The position numbers were made by a program, and so were the translations under genes. 64,000 nt of DNA from a bacterium. Its GTDB lineage: Bacteria > Spirochaetota > Spirochaetia > Treponematales > Rectinemataceae. Below are positions 18,971 to 27,464 of this stretch, in pieces. How positions within the stretch are numbered: position 1 is the stretch's first letter; each line of letters opens with the position of its first letter. The stretch spans positions 8,202 to 72,201 of the forward strand of contig JAJXZP010000146.1 in NCBI GenBank assembly GCA_021779995.1. The letters are read 5' to 3'. The notes under the pieces were generated by a model. The model was given only the letters and a program-made list of their open reading frames with translations. It ran no database searches and was not told the origin of the DNA.

Positions 18971-19462
18971 CTAGGCTTTTCGCGCGGCCCAGGCTTCCCT
19001 GTCGCGCTTGATGAGCGTGGCATGGAAGGCGACGTGATCGCGGTAGGTGGCGAGGACCTCGGCCAGCTCCATCCTGCCGCGGGTCGCGTGCATGATGAAG
19101 AACTTCGACCAATCCTCGTCGACGAGCGCCCGGAGCGTCTGGCCGTAGAAGGCGCGAAGCCCTTTGACAAGCTCAAGGCAGCGCCTGCCGTCCGTCTCGC
19201 CGTAGCGGAGGCTCGCGTGCCAGGCTTCCTCGTCCCAGGCGGGGGCGGCCACGCCCGGTTCCGCCACGGCTCCTCGGATGCGGAAGCTCAGGTTCGCGTC
19301 CGCGTCGAGGAAGTGCACCAGGAAATCGTTGATCGACCAGGCGTCCTTGATCGGCGGCACGAAGCGGAGCGCCTCGTCCGGGAGCTTCGAGATCATGTCG
19401 TCGACCGCCGCATACGCGGACTCGAACTTCTTGATCAGATCCAGTTTCTCTTCGCGAGTCAT
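18971..19462 (-). CDS. DinB-family (DinB_2-like) four-helix-bundle protein
   Basis: 163-aa ORF. WSINDFLVHFLDAD and the C-terminal DHVAFHATLI histidine motif pattern are typical of DinB-like proteins. Confidence 0.6.
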   Translation of the reverse strand: MTREEKLDLIKKFESAYAAVDDMISKLPDEALRFVPPIKDAWSINDFLVHFLDADANLSFRIRGAVAEPGVAAPAWDEEAWHASLRYGETDGRRCLELVKGLRAFYGQTLRALVDEDWSKFFIMHATRGRMELAEVLATYRDHVAFHATLIKRDREAWAARKA

Positions 19463-19589
19463 CGGCTTTCCTCCTCGATCGGGCCTTGAACGGCCGAGTC
19501 GAGTCTAGTCCAATGGCCGGCCGATTGCCAGGCCGGCCGTTCGCCTTGGCCGCTCGCGGATCGGAGCGCGAAGCGCTATACTCCCTGAG

Positions 19590-21743
19590 GTGCAGTCCAC
19601 CATGTACGCGGTGAGACCGGGCAGTCCCCTCCCGCTCGGCACCAAGGTTCAGTCTGAGGGGGTCAATTTCGCCATTTTCTCCCGCAACGCCGAATCTCTG
19701 GCCCTGTGCATCTACGCTTCGCCGCAGGACGCGACCTGCGTGTTCCATTACCGCCTCGATCCGCGGCTAAATCGCACCGGCGATATCTGGCATGTCCTCA
19801 TCATCGGCTTGAAGCCCGGGGCCCTCTACCTTTGGCGGGCCGATGGGCCCTATCTGCCGAGGAAGGGCTACCGCTTTAACGTCAACAAAGCCCTCATCGA
19901 CCCGTACGCGAAGGCGCTTACCGGAGATTTCATCTGGGAACTCCCCACCGCCCGCGCCTACCTCGTCGACTCGCCCGAGGCGGACCTCTCCTTCTCAAAG
20001 GAGGACGACGCGGCCTTCATGCCGAAGTGCGTGGTCGTTTCGGACGAGTTCGACTGGAAGGGCGATAGGCCGCTCAACTATCCGCTCAGACATTGCCTCA
20101 TCTACGAGACCCACGTACGCGGGCTGTCGCTCCACCCGAGCTCGGGAGCGGAGCACCCCGGCAGCTTTCGCGGCGTAGTCGAGATGGCGGGGCGGCTCAA
20201 GGAGCTCGGCGTCACCAGCGTCGAGCTCCTTCCCGTCCAGGAGTTCGACGAATTCGAGAATCCCCGCCGCAATCCCCTCACCGGCGAGCGGCTCTCCAAC
20301 TACTGGGGCTATTCCACCATCGCGTTCTTCGCGCCCAAGGGAAGCTACTCGTCCTCGGGCTCGCGGGGCGAGCAGGTTGCCGAGTTCAAGTACATGGTCC
20401 GCGAGCTGCACGCGAAGGGCATCGAGGTGATCCTCGACATAGTCTTCAATCATTCGGCGGAGGGAAACGAGCTGGGTCCGACCCTGAGTTTCCGCGGCCT
20501 GGACAACCGCATCTACTACATGCTCGACGAGGACCGGCGCTATTACAAGAACTACTCCGGCTGCGGCAACACCTTGAACTGCAACCATCCGGTGGTGCGA
20601 TCCTTCATCATCGACTGCCTGCACTACTGGGTGGCCGAGATGCATGTCGACGGCTTTCGCTTCGACCTGGGCTCGATCCTGGGCCGCGATCAGAAAGGCC
20701 GGCTGCTCGAGAACCCGCCGATGATCGAGCAGATCGCCGAGGATCCCCTGCTGCGCAACACGAAGATCATCGCGGAGGCCTGGGACGCGGGCGGCGCCTA
20801 TCAGGTCGGAGCCTTCCCCGGCGGGCGCTGGGCCGAATGGAACGACCGTTACCGCGACGATGTCCGCCGCTTCTGGCGGGGCGACGCCGGAGCGATCCGC
20901 AACTTCGCCACGCGCATCACCGGCTCGAGCGACCTCTACCTCCGCGACGGGCGCAAGCCCTTCCACTCCATCAACTTCGTCACGGCCCACGACGGCTTCA
21001 CCTTGAACGACCTGGTCAGCTACGAGCACAAGCACAACGAGGTCAATGGCGAAGGCGGCCGCGACGGAAACGACAGCAATTTTTCCTTCAACTACGGCGA
21101 GGAGGGAGCTTCGCACAACGCCGAGATCGAAGCGGTGCGAAACCGCCAGGCGAAGAATTTCCTGGCGACACTCCTTCTGTCCATCGGCACTCCCATGCTC
21201 CTGGGGGGCGACGAGTTTCGCCGCACTCAGAGGGGCAACAACAACGCGTACTGCCAGAACAACGAGATCAGCTGGTACGATTGGAGCACTCTCGAAACCC
21301 ACGGGGCGCTGCGGCGTTTCGTCGCCGAGCTCGCGGCCTTCCGCATGCGGCATCCCGCCTTCAGGCGTCCCGAGTTCTTCACGGGCGAGGACTCCGATTT
21401 CAACGCCATCCCCGACATCACCTGGTTCGACGAGAACGGCAAGAGCCCCGACTGGGCCCGCATCGAGCGTCGTATCGCGGCGCGGATCGACGGCTCGAAG
21501 GCCGACATCCTCGCCGACCGGGACGACAGCGATTTTTTCCTGATCTACAACGCGGCCGAGGAATCGTCCGTATTCAAGCTCTGCCCCGCCCCGATGTCGA
21601 GGCGGTGGTACCGGGTCGTGGATACTTCGCTCCCGGAGGGCGAGGACATCCTCGCTCCCGGTTGCGAAATCATCGTGGCCCCGCAAGACGAATACGCGGT
21701 CTCTCCGCGGTCGATGGTGCTTTTGATCTCCAGGCCGGATTGA
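19590..21743 (+). CDS. glgX: Glycogen debranching enzyme (isoamylase type, GH13)
   Basis: 717-aa ORF. PLGTKVQSEGVNFAIFS, YWGYSTIAFFAP, DGFRFDLGSILGR, EAWDAGG and FVTAHDGFTLNDLVSY are present. Confidence 0.9.
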   Translation: MQSTMYAVRPGSPLPLGTKVQSEGVNFAIFSRNAESLALCIYASPQDATCVFHYRLDPRLNRTGDIWHVLIIGLKPGALYLWRADGPYLPRKGYRFNVNKALIDPYAKALTGDFIWELPTARAYLVDSPEADLSFSKEDDAAFMPKCVVVSDEFDWKGDRPLNYPLRHCLIYETHVRGLSLHPSSGAEHPGSFRGVVEMAGRLKELGVTSVELLPVQEFDEFENPRRNPLTGERLSNYWGYSTIAFFAPKGSYSSSGSRGEQVAEFKYMVRELHAKGIEVILDIVFNHSAEGNELGPTLSFRGLDNRIYYMLDEDRRYYKNYSGCGNTLNCNHPVVRSFIIDCLHYWVAEMHVDGFRFDLGSILGRDQKGRLLENPPMIEQIAEDPLLRNTKIIAEAWDAGGAYQVGAFPGGRWAEWNDRYRDDVRRFWRGDAGAIRNFATRITGSSDLYLRDGRKPFHSINFVTAHDGFTLNDLVSYEHKHNEVNGEGGRDGNDSNFSFNYGEEGASHNAEIEAVRNRQAKNFLATLLLSIGTPMLLGGDEFRRTQRGNNNAYCQNNEISWYDWSTLETHGALRRFVAELAAFRMRHPAFRRPEFFTGEDSDFNAIPDITWFDENGKSPDWARIERRIAARIDGSKADILADRDDSDFFLIYNAAEESSVFKLCPAPMSRRWYRVVDTSLPEGEDILAPGCEIIVAPQDEYAVSPRSMVLLISRPD

Positions 21744-21789
21744 GGCGGTGGAGCTTGCCTCGACGCGGATACCGGATTACCTTATTTGT

Positions 21790-22470
21790 ATGCGGAAGGA
21801 AGGACAGGACAAAGGAGAAGCCGATTTCCGGGACGGCCTGAGGTTTCTCAAGCGGCATAGGCCTGATCTCGCCGTCAGGAGCTTTCGCGCTTCCGTCGCC
21901 GCCTGTCCCGCTTCCTGTTCAGCTGAACTGTCGGCTAGGCTGTATTGGCTCACCGTAGCCCTGTTTCGGCTGGATCAGAGCGATCTGGCCTTGAAAAGCC
22001 TGGCTTCCGCGCAAAAGCTGCGGCCCCGCGGATGGGCGCGGGATATGTATCGACGATGGATCAACGACTACGGCATGCCGCGGCGCGTAACGCCGGAATT
22101 GGATGACTTCTACGCATTCTACTCGATTCATATCGGAGCGTATCTCGGCCGCAAGGAAAGGCCGCGCTTCGATTCGGTAAACGAAAAAGATGCGGTGATG
22201 CGAATAGTTCTCGACTCCTGGCTCGCGCTTTCGCGGTCCGGTCGCCTGGCTTGCCTGGGAACCGGCGATAAACTCAGGCTGCTGAAGGACTGGCGGGTGC
22301 CCTTCCCTTCCTTCGGCCTCGGCGCGGGCGATTGTTCACCGATCGTGCAGGTGGATTTTCGCGCTCAAAGAAAGCTTAACGGGGATGATCGCTGCAATTG
22401 CGGCTCCGGCTTGCCGTATAGACAATGCTGCGGGCGCACCAGCAGCCTTCGCGAACTCTCGTGTGAGTAG
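21790..22470 (+). CDS. Hypothetical protein with C-terminal SEC-C zinc-binding motif
   Basis: The C-terminus CNCGSGLPYRQCCG is a SEC-C motif. The start is placed at ATG 21790 (MRKEGQ); the ORF track gives GTG 21748. Confidence 0.55.
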   Translation: MRKEGQDKGEADFRDGLRFLKRHRPDLAVRSFRASVAACPASCSAELSARLYWLTVALFRLDQSDLALKSLASAQKLRPRGWARDMYRRWINDYGMPRRVTPELDDFYAFYSIHIGAYLGRKERPRFDSVNEKDAVMRIVLDSWLALSRSGRLACLGTGDKLRLLKDWRVPFPSFGLGAGDCSPIVQVDFRAQRKLNGDDRCNCGSGLPYRQCCGRTSSLRELSCE

Positions 22471-22492
22471 AATCGACACAAGTTCGATTTTT
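22471..22492 (+). terminator. Weak hairpin plus T-run after the SEC-C gene
   Basis: AATCGA-cacaagt-TCGATT followed by TTTT. The stem is only 6 bp and AT-rich. Confidence 0.3.
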
Positions 22493-22712
22493 CCCCGGTC
22501 AATTGTTTCAAAATGAAACGGCTCGTAATGATGCCGAAAGATTCCCGTAGCAGTGCACTCCAATATTCTGAGTATTTTTCTTTTATTTTCGTCATTTCCC
22601 GATTTTCCCTTTGAGCAGCCACGGGGATGGTCGCTTGGTTGTATTGGAATATGTACTACTATAATAAACAGTTGAGTACTACTGCGATTAATGTCGGCGC
22701 AGTCGCGGGTGT

Positions 22713-22728
22713 TGGCACGCTACTTGCA
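22713..22728 (+). promoter_or_regulatory. Sigma-54 (RpoN) -24/-12 promoter upstream of the RpoS-like sigma gene
   Basis: TGGCACgctacTTGCA is an exact match to TGGCAC-N5-TTGCA. It ends 29 nt upstream of the ATG at 22757, with AGGAGG at 22745-22750. Confidence 0.7.
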
Positions 22729-22756
22729 TAATTGAAGGTGTACCAGGAGGTAGCCG

Positions 22757-23626
22757 ATGACCCGTAAGAATAGTTGCCTGAACGATAGCGCCAGTTGCGA
22801 TGAAAATGTGCTTTCGATGTATCTCAAAGAAATAAACAGGATTCCTCTCCTTTCGAGGGAGGATGAAGACAAGTACGCTCGGGCCGCCGCCAAGGGCGAG
22901 AAGTTCGCCAAGGATATGCTCGTCAAGTCTAACCTCCGTTTCGTCGTCAACGTCGCCAAGAAATACCAGAACCAGGGTCTTCCCCTCGCCGATCTCATCT
23001 CCGAAGGAAACATAGGGCTTATCAATGCCATCGAGAGATATGATGTGGACAAAGGGTATCACTTCATTTCCTACGCCGTATGGTGGATCCGCCAGGCGAT
23101 ACTCAAGGCGATATGCGAAAAATCGAGGATGATCCGCCTCCCCCTCAATCGGGCCAACGAGCTCGTCCAGATCGAAAAGGCCCGGAAGATGCTCGAAGGG
23201 GCGATGACCGAAGACGAGGAGATACGCGAGATCGCGCGCCTGCTCGAGATGGAACCCGAGCACGTGGCCGATTTGGTGGCGGTCAGCCGCGAGCTGGTAT
23301 CGCTCGAGACGCCGGTGTTCGATGAGCGCGATTCCTCGGTCGTCGGCGATTTCGTGGAGAACTCGGCGTACACCACTCCGGAGGACTATGTGGTCGAGCA
23401 GGGACTCAAGTCGGATATAGACGACGTCCTGCACACGCTGTCCGACAAGGAGCGCGAGGTGGTCGAGTACCGCTTCGGCCTCAACGGCAGGCGGGCCATG
23501 AGCCTCAAGGAGATCGGCGATCGCTTCAAGCTCACCAAGGAGCGCATCCGGCAGATCGAGAAAAATGCCCTGAAGCGGCTCTCCCACCCGAGCCGCTCCG
23601 AGCTCCTGCAGAGCTACGTCGCCTAG
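22757..23626 (+). CDS. RNA polymerase sigma factor, sigma-70 family group 2 (RpoS-like)
   Basis: 289-aa ORF. Region 2 (NLRFVVNVAKKYQNQGLPLADLISEGNIGLINAIERYDVDKGYHFISYAVWWIRQAI), region 3, and region 4 (MSLKEIGDRFKLTKERIRQIEKNALKRL) are present. It is too short to be a primary RpoD. Confidence 0.9.
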   Translation: MTRKNSCLNDSASCDENVLSMYLKEINRIPLLSREDEDKYARAAAKGEKFAKDMLVKSNLRFVVNVAKKYQNQGLPLADLISEGNIGLINAIERYDVDKGYHFISYAVWWIRQAILKAICEKSRMIRLPLNRANELVQIEKARKMLEGAMTEDEEIREIARLLEMEPEHVADLVAVSRELVSLETPVFDERDSSVVGDFVENSAYTTPEDYVVEQGLKSDIDDVLHTLSDKEREVVEYRFGLNGRRAMSLKEIGDRFKLTKERIRQIEKNALKRLSHPSRSELLQSYVA

Positions 23627-23632
23627 GCTCGC

Positions 23633-23662
23633 TTGACGCCCGGGGAGGCGAAAAGCTATAGT
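23633..23662 (+). promoter_or_regulatory. Candidate sigma-70 promoter driving the repeat leader and tRNA-Gly
   Basis: TTGACG (23633-23638), an 18-nt spacer, then TATAGT (23657-23662). The predicted start is about 5 nt before the first repeat. Confidence 0.45.
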
Positions 23663-23674
23663 ACGCCCTGAGCG

Positions 23675-23858
23675 TCGTGCGGCGAAAGCCGCACACGACA
23701 ACTAGCGACCGTCGTATGGCGCAAGGCGACAAACGACGGTTACCTAGGTCCTCGTGCGGCGAAAGCCGCACACGACAACTAGCGACCGTCGTATGACGCA
23801 AGGCGACAAACGACGGTTACCTAGGTCCTCGTGCGGCAAAAGCCGCACACGACAACTA
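23675..23858 (+). repeat. Tandem 77-nt repeat (2 full copies plus a 30-nt partial) forming the 5' leader of tRNA-Gly; each unit carries the first 13 nt of the tRNA
   Basis: Copies 23675-23751 and 23752-23828 differ at 1 position. The third copy (from 23829) continues into the real tRNA. Each unit has the hairpin GTGCGGC-GAAA-GCCGCAC (AAAA in copy 3) and a second hairpin ACCGTCGT..ACGACGGT. Confidence 0.9.
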
Positions 23859-23929
23859 GCGACCGTCGTATACCGGTATTACCCGAGCTTCCCAAGCTCG
23901 AGAAGCGGGTTCGACTCCCGTCGGTCGCT
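23859..23929 (+). tRNA. tRNA-Gly (CCC anticodon)
   Basis: GCGACCGTCGTATACCGGTATTACCCGAGCTTCCCAAGCTCGAGAAGCGGGTTCGACTCCCGTCGGTCGCT. The acceptor pairs GCGACCG with CGGTCGC, the anticodon loop is TTCCCAA, and the T-loop is TTCGACT. Confidence 0.85.
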
Positions 23930-23940
23930 CCGACAGCGGA

Positions 23941-23970
23941 AACCCCGGCACGAGCCCGGGGTTTTCTTTT
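23941..23970 (+). terminator. Rho-independent terminator after tRNA-Gly
   Basis: AACCCCGG-cacgagc-CCGGGGTT followed by TTCTTTT. Confidence 0.75.
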
Positions 23971-24134
23971 AGACCTGGCTTCACCTTTGCTTCGGTCGCT
24001 TCGGGACCGCAGGCAAAAGGCGCATTTTGAAAGAGCTTCAGTCGGCAAGCGCGGGCGAACCTCTCCACAATTCGGCCGTCGGACCTGCGGCTGCGAACGG
24101 AAGCGGAGACCCGCCGCCGAGCAAGGATAGCACT

Positions 24135-24494
24135 ATGGCCCCTGTCCGCAGTATTTCGGTTTTTTTCATGGTTATAGTCGCTCTGTCGCTGGCTTCCTGC
24201 GCCGCCAGGGCTCCGAGCGCCACGGCCCTGGTGGGAACGTGGAAGCAGGACCGGCTCGTCTTCATGTTCGACCCCGAAGGAACCTGCCAGCGGTTCAATC
24301 TCGCCACGGGCGCCTTCGAGAGCGGGCACTACACGGTCAAGGGAGCGGAGCTGGATATCTCATTCGCGTCGGGACTCGGCGCCCGCTACGAGCTCCATTC
24401 GCTGAAGTCCGGCGAGCTCCAGGTCGTCGACATCCCGACAGGCAATCGCTTCATGCTGACGCGAGTGCCTCAGCCCGGCGGCTCCTCGCATTGA
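24135..24494 (+). CDS. Small lipoprotein (about 119 aa), lipocalin-like/unknown function
   Basis: The signal peptide plus lipobox MAPVRSISVFFMVIVALSLASC supports the start at ATG 24135 within ORF 24027. Confidence 0.6.
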   Translation: MAPVRSISVFFMVIVALSLASCAARAPSATALVGTWKQDRLVFMFDPEGTCQRFNLATGAFESGHYTVKGAELDISFASGLGARYELHSLKSGELQVVDIPTGNRFMLTRVPQPGGSSH

Positions 24495-24516
24495 CCTTCC
24501 CGTCACGGCATCTGAA

Positions 24517-25593
24517 TCAGCGCTCGAAGCGCGGGTAGTACCAGGTGCGCACGGGGTAGGCCCGGTCCCGGGGCAGGGGGTATTCGATGGGCCGTTTGAT
24601 GGCGTCGTAGATGGCGTTGAGCAGGGAGTCCTCTCCCGCGGCGTCCTGGGCGATTTGCCAGATCATGATGCCGCCGGCGCGCTCTCGGGCGAGGCGCATG
24701 GTCTTGGCGCGGATGGTGGCGAAGCCGTTGTAGGCATAACCCCGCGAAAGATCCTTCGCGGGCGCGCTGGGATCGTCCGCCACGATGCTCCTGAAAGTGC
24801 GCGCGTGGTAGTTCTTGAGGCTTCTGCCGTAGAAGGGAACGCCGAGCACCGCCTTGCACGCGGGGACATCGCGCGAGACGAGCCAGTAGTTCAGAGCCCT
24901 TTCCGCGAAGGCGTAGCTCGAGTGCGGCACGCCGGGCGGCCCGCCGACTCCGTCATCGTAGGCCATGATATCGAGAAAATCCACATCCGCTATGACGCCG
25001 TCCTCCACGGCGTCGCCATGCCGGTACGTGGCGCTGACCGCGATGGTGAGGACTTTCCCGGCGGCGTGCAGATCCGCGGCGAGAGCATGGATCAAGACGG
25101 CAAAGCGATCCGCCGCCTCGTGCGAGGGGAATTCCCAGTCGATGTCGAGGCCGTCGAGATCGTAGTCGTCGATGAGGGCGAGCGTGTTCAGGACGAAGCG
25201 CAGGGTGAGCACCGGGTCGGAGGAGATCGTATCGAAGGGGCTCGGGCCGTAGCCCGTCCAGCCGCCCACGGAGGCCAGGACCTTCACTCCCCGGGCGTGT
25301 GCGAGCGCGACGAGCTTTTCGAGCTTCTCGGGATGGTGGACGGGCGCGTAGCCGCCCTCCGGCGTCGGCGCCAGGAAGGCGTAGTCGATCTGCGTCAGCG
25401 CGTCGAACTGCAAGTTCTGCGGATCGCCGGACCAGGAGGGGAAATAGCCGACCACGCGAAAGTCGGAGGGGATGCGATAGCCAGGACCGACTACCGGGAT
25501 CGGCCTGAAGCTTGGTACGGTAGCGCAGCCTGTCACCGCGAGCGCGACGAGGACAAGCGATGAAAGCAGGCCGAGAGAGCATCTTCTGCACAT
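24517..25593 (-). CDS. Glycoside hydrolase family 18 (chitinase/endo-beta-N-acetylglucosaminidase-like) lipoprotein
   Basis: 358-aa ORF with lipobox LAVTGC. The catalytic motif DGLDIDWEFP (DxxDxDxE) is intact. Confidence 0.85.
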   Translation of the reverse strand: MCRRCSLGLLSSLVLVALAVTGCATVPSFRPIPVVGPGYRIPSDFRVVGYFPSWSGDPQNLQFDALTQIDYAFLAPTPEGGYAPVHHPEKLEKLVALAHARGVKVLASVGGWTGYGPSPFDTISSDPVLTLRFVLNTLALIDDYDLDGLDIDWEFPSHEAADRFAVLIHALAADLHAAGKVLTIAVSATYRHGDAVEDGVIADVDFLDIMAYDDGVGGPPGVPHSSYAFAERALNYWLVSRDVPACKAVLGVPFYGRSLKNYHARTFRSIVADDPSAPAKDLSRGYAYNGFATIRAKTMRLARERAGGIMIWQIAQDAAGEDSLLNAIYDAIKRPIEYPLPRDRAYPVRTWYYPRFER

Positions 25594-25613
25594 GGTGCGG
25601 TCCTCGTTCTAGG

Positions 25614-26735
25614 CTATGGAATGATTTCGCGGATCGTATTGTCGCCCGTATCGGCCACCCAGAGGCATGGTTCGAGATTCCGGGTATCCGTACCTGTCGA
25701 AATGCAGAAGGGTGAGGAAAAAAGGGCGCTCGATCCCAGTCCGTCGGCGTAGGCGGAAACAGCTGCGCGTCCGGCTATGGTGGAAGTGAGCCCCGAGGCT
25801 ATGGTGATCGAGCGGATCAGGTCATTCCCGGAGTCTCCGACGTAGATATCCGTTCCATCGGTCGCGAGGCCGCGCGGATCGTCGAATCGGGCCGCAGCCT
25901 CGACTCCGTCCTGCCAACCCGTCTGGCCGGGGCTCCCGGCGATGGTCGAAACCGACCAGGTCGCGATGGCGATGTCGCGTATCGTGGCGTTGGCCCGGTC
26001 GGCGACGTAGAGGTGGCCGCCGGAGCTCAAGGCGAGATCCCAGGGACTGTGGAAACGGGCGGCGTTTCCCACGCCGTCGACGTCGCCGGGAACGCCCGCG
26101 CTTCCGGCGACGGTGGTGACGGCATATCCGGAGAGCCCGATGCGCCGTATGGTCTGGTTGTAGCTGTCGGCGACGTAGAGACAGGTAGTGGCGGAATCGA
26201 AGGCGATGCCGCGAGGATGGTCGAAGCGCGCCGCGGCTCCGGAGCCGTCGGCGCTGCCGGGCGCCCCGGCCGTTCCGGCCACGGTAATCACCGAATCGTC
26301 TGCGAGGCTCAGGCGGCGCACTGTGTCGTTTACGGTGTCGGAAATGTAGAGGTAGCCGTTCGCGGTGTCGAGCGCGAGGTTCCCCGGCTGGTTGAAGGAG
26401 GCCGCCATTCCGACTCCGTCTGCGCTTCCCGCCTCGCCGGGATATCCTGCGATCGTGGAAACCCTGCCGGTCGAGAGATCGACCTTCCGGATGAGATCGT
26501 TGAGGGTATCCGCGACATAAAGGGTGTTTCCGTCGATCGCGAGACCCTCAGGTGAATGGAAGGTCGCGGCTTGACCGGTGCCGTCGCTCGCCCCGGCGTT
26601 GCCCGCCTGGCCCGCCAGGGTAGTGACGAGGCCCGGCGGGTAGGATGCCTCGGCGCCGACGGGACCGGCCTGTCCCATCGAAAGCTGGCAGGACGCCAAG
26701 GCGACCGTCAAGAAGACAGCCGAACCCGTCCGCAC
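25614..26735 (-). CDS. NHL-repeat beta-propeller lipoprotein
   Basis: Repeated units of the form G.AGS.DG.G.AARF..P.G.A.D....LYVAD..N..IR (six blades). The start is tentatively GTG 26735, giving VRTGSAVFLTVALASC (lipobox). The ORF-track Met at 26837 overlaps the upstream gene. Confidence 0.75.
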   Translation of the reverse strand: MRTGSAVFLTVALASCQLSMGQAGPVGAEASYPPGLVTTLAGQAGNAGASDGTGQAATFHSPEGLAIDGNTLYVADTLNDLIRKVDLSTGRVSTIAGYPGEAGSADGVGMAASFNQPGNLALDTANGYLYISDTVNDTVRRLSLADDSVITVAGTAGAPGSADGSGAAARFDHPRGIAFDSATTCLYVADSYNQTIRRIGLSGYAVTTVAGSAGVPGDVDGVGNAARFHSPWDLALSSGGHLYVADRANATIRDIAIATWSVSTIAGSPGQTGWQDGVEAAARFDDPRGLATDGTDIYVGDSGNDLIRSITIASGLTSTIAGRAAVSAYADGLGSSALFSSPFCISTGTDTRNLEPCLWVADTGDNTIREIIP

Positions 26736-26787
26736 GGCCGCGGAAGCGTGCGGCGGCGCTGACGGGGGTCGATACGGGCGGCTGAGG

Positions 26788-27438
26788 TCACAGATAGTAC
26801 GCGAGCACGACATAGAAACCCTGCAGCCCCACCACATTGAACTCCGTGGGATTCGCCTGGACGCTTACGCTCGTCGTCGTCGTCACGAGCCGAACCGTGA
26901 CCGGGCAATAGACTCCGATGGAGAATCTGCGTCCGGCGAAGTACTCGGCTCCGATTATGCCGCCTGCCGAGACATTGATGCCCGTGACGGTCGTAGTCGC
27001 ACCGGTGGCATTGACGTTGTACGAACCCGCCACGTAGCCGCCTTCGGCGAAGGGGCCGGCATAGACGAGCACGCGGTCGGCTTGGAGCAGGGAGAAATCC
27101 AGGTCGAGGGCCAGACCGGCGGAGCTGAACGCGAAGCTGTCGCCGTTGGAGTAGCCGTAGGACGAGAATTGAATGCTGGCGACGCTTCGTAGCCGCAAGG
27201 TCTCGCCGAGGTACCACGTGACGCCGAGACCCGAGCCGGCGATAGTGTCGAACTTCGACGTCAGCGGATCGGGATAGGCCAGGGTGCCGAGATCGCTGCC
27301 GATCACGGTGAAGTCGAGCGCCACGGAGCCGGCCGAGGGAAAGGCGAAGCCGTCGTTCGATGGCGCGACGTCGTCCTTGGCGAAAGCGAGCGAGTGCCAG
27401 AGGCCGAGCAGCATCAGGCATGCAAGTAGCCGTCTCAT
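26788..27438 (-). CDS. Outer-membrane beta-barrel protein (small, about 216 aa)
   Basis: MRRLLACLMLLGLWHSLAFA signal peptide, alternating hydrophobic beta-strand pattern and an aromatic-rich C-terminus (VVLAYYL). The start was moved to ATG 27438. Confidence 0.6.
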   Translation of the reverse strand: MRRLLACLMLLGLWHSLAFAKDDVAPSNDGFAFPSAGSVALDFTVIGSDLGTLAYPDPLTSKFDTIAGSGLGVTWYLGETLRLRSVASIQFSSYGYSNGDSFAFSSAGLALDLDFSLLQADRVLVYAGPFAEGGYVAGSYNVNATGATTTVTGINVSAGGIIGAEYFAGRRFSIGVYCPVTVRLVTTTTSVSVQANPTEFNVVGLQGFYVVLAYYL

Positions 27439-27464
27439 AAGCCTTCCCCGTTCAGGAGGCCGAT

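Noticed and set aside
22365-22622. 85-aa minus-strand ORF in the AT-rich region upstream of the sigma gene
   Set aside because: It has low GC3, unlike all credible genes here, no RBS, and its 3' third overlaps the SEC-C gene. The region is better explained as regulatory DNA.
23675-23858. Possible CRISPR array or mobile-element att repeats
   Set aside because: The units are contiguous 77-nt tandem copies with no unique spacers. No cas, integrase or transposase genes are nearby. The duplicated tRNA segment is the 5' end, not the 3' end used by integrases.
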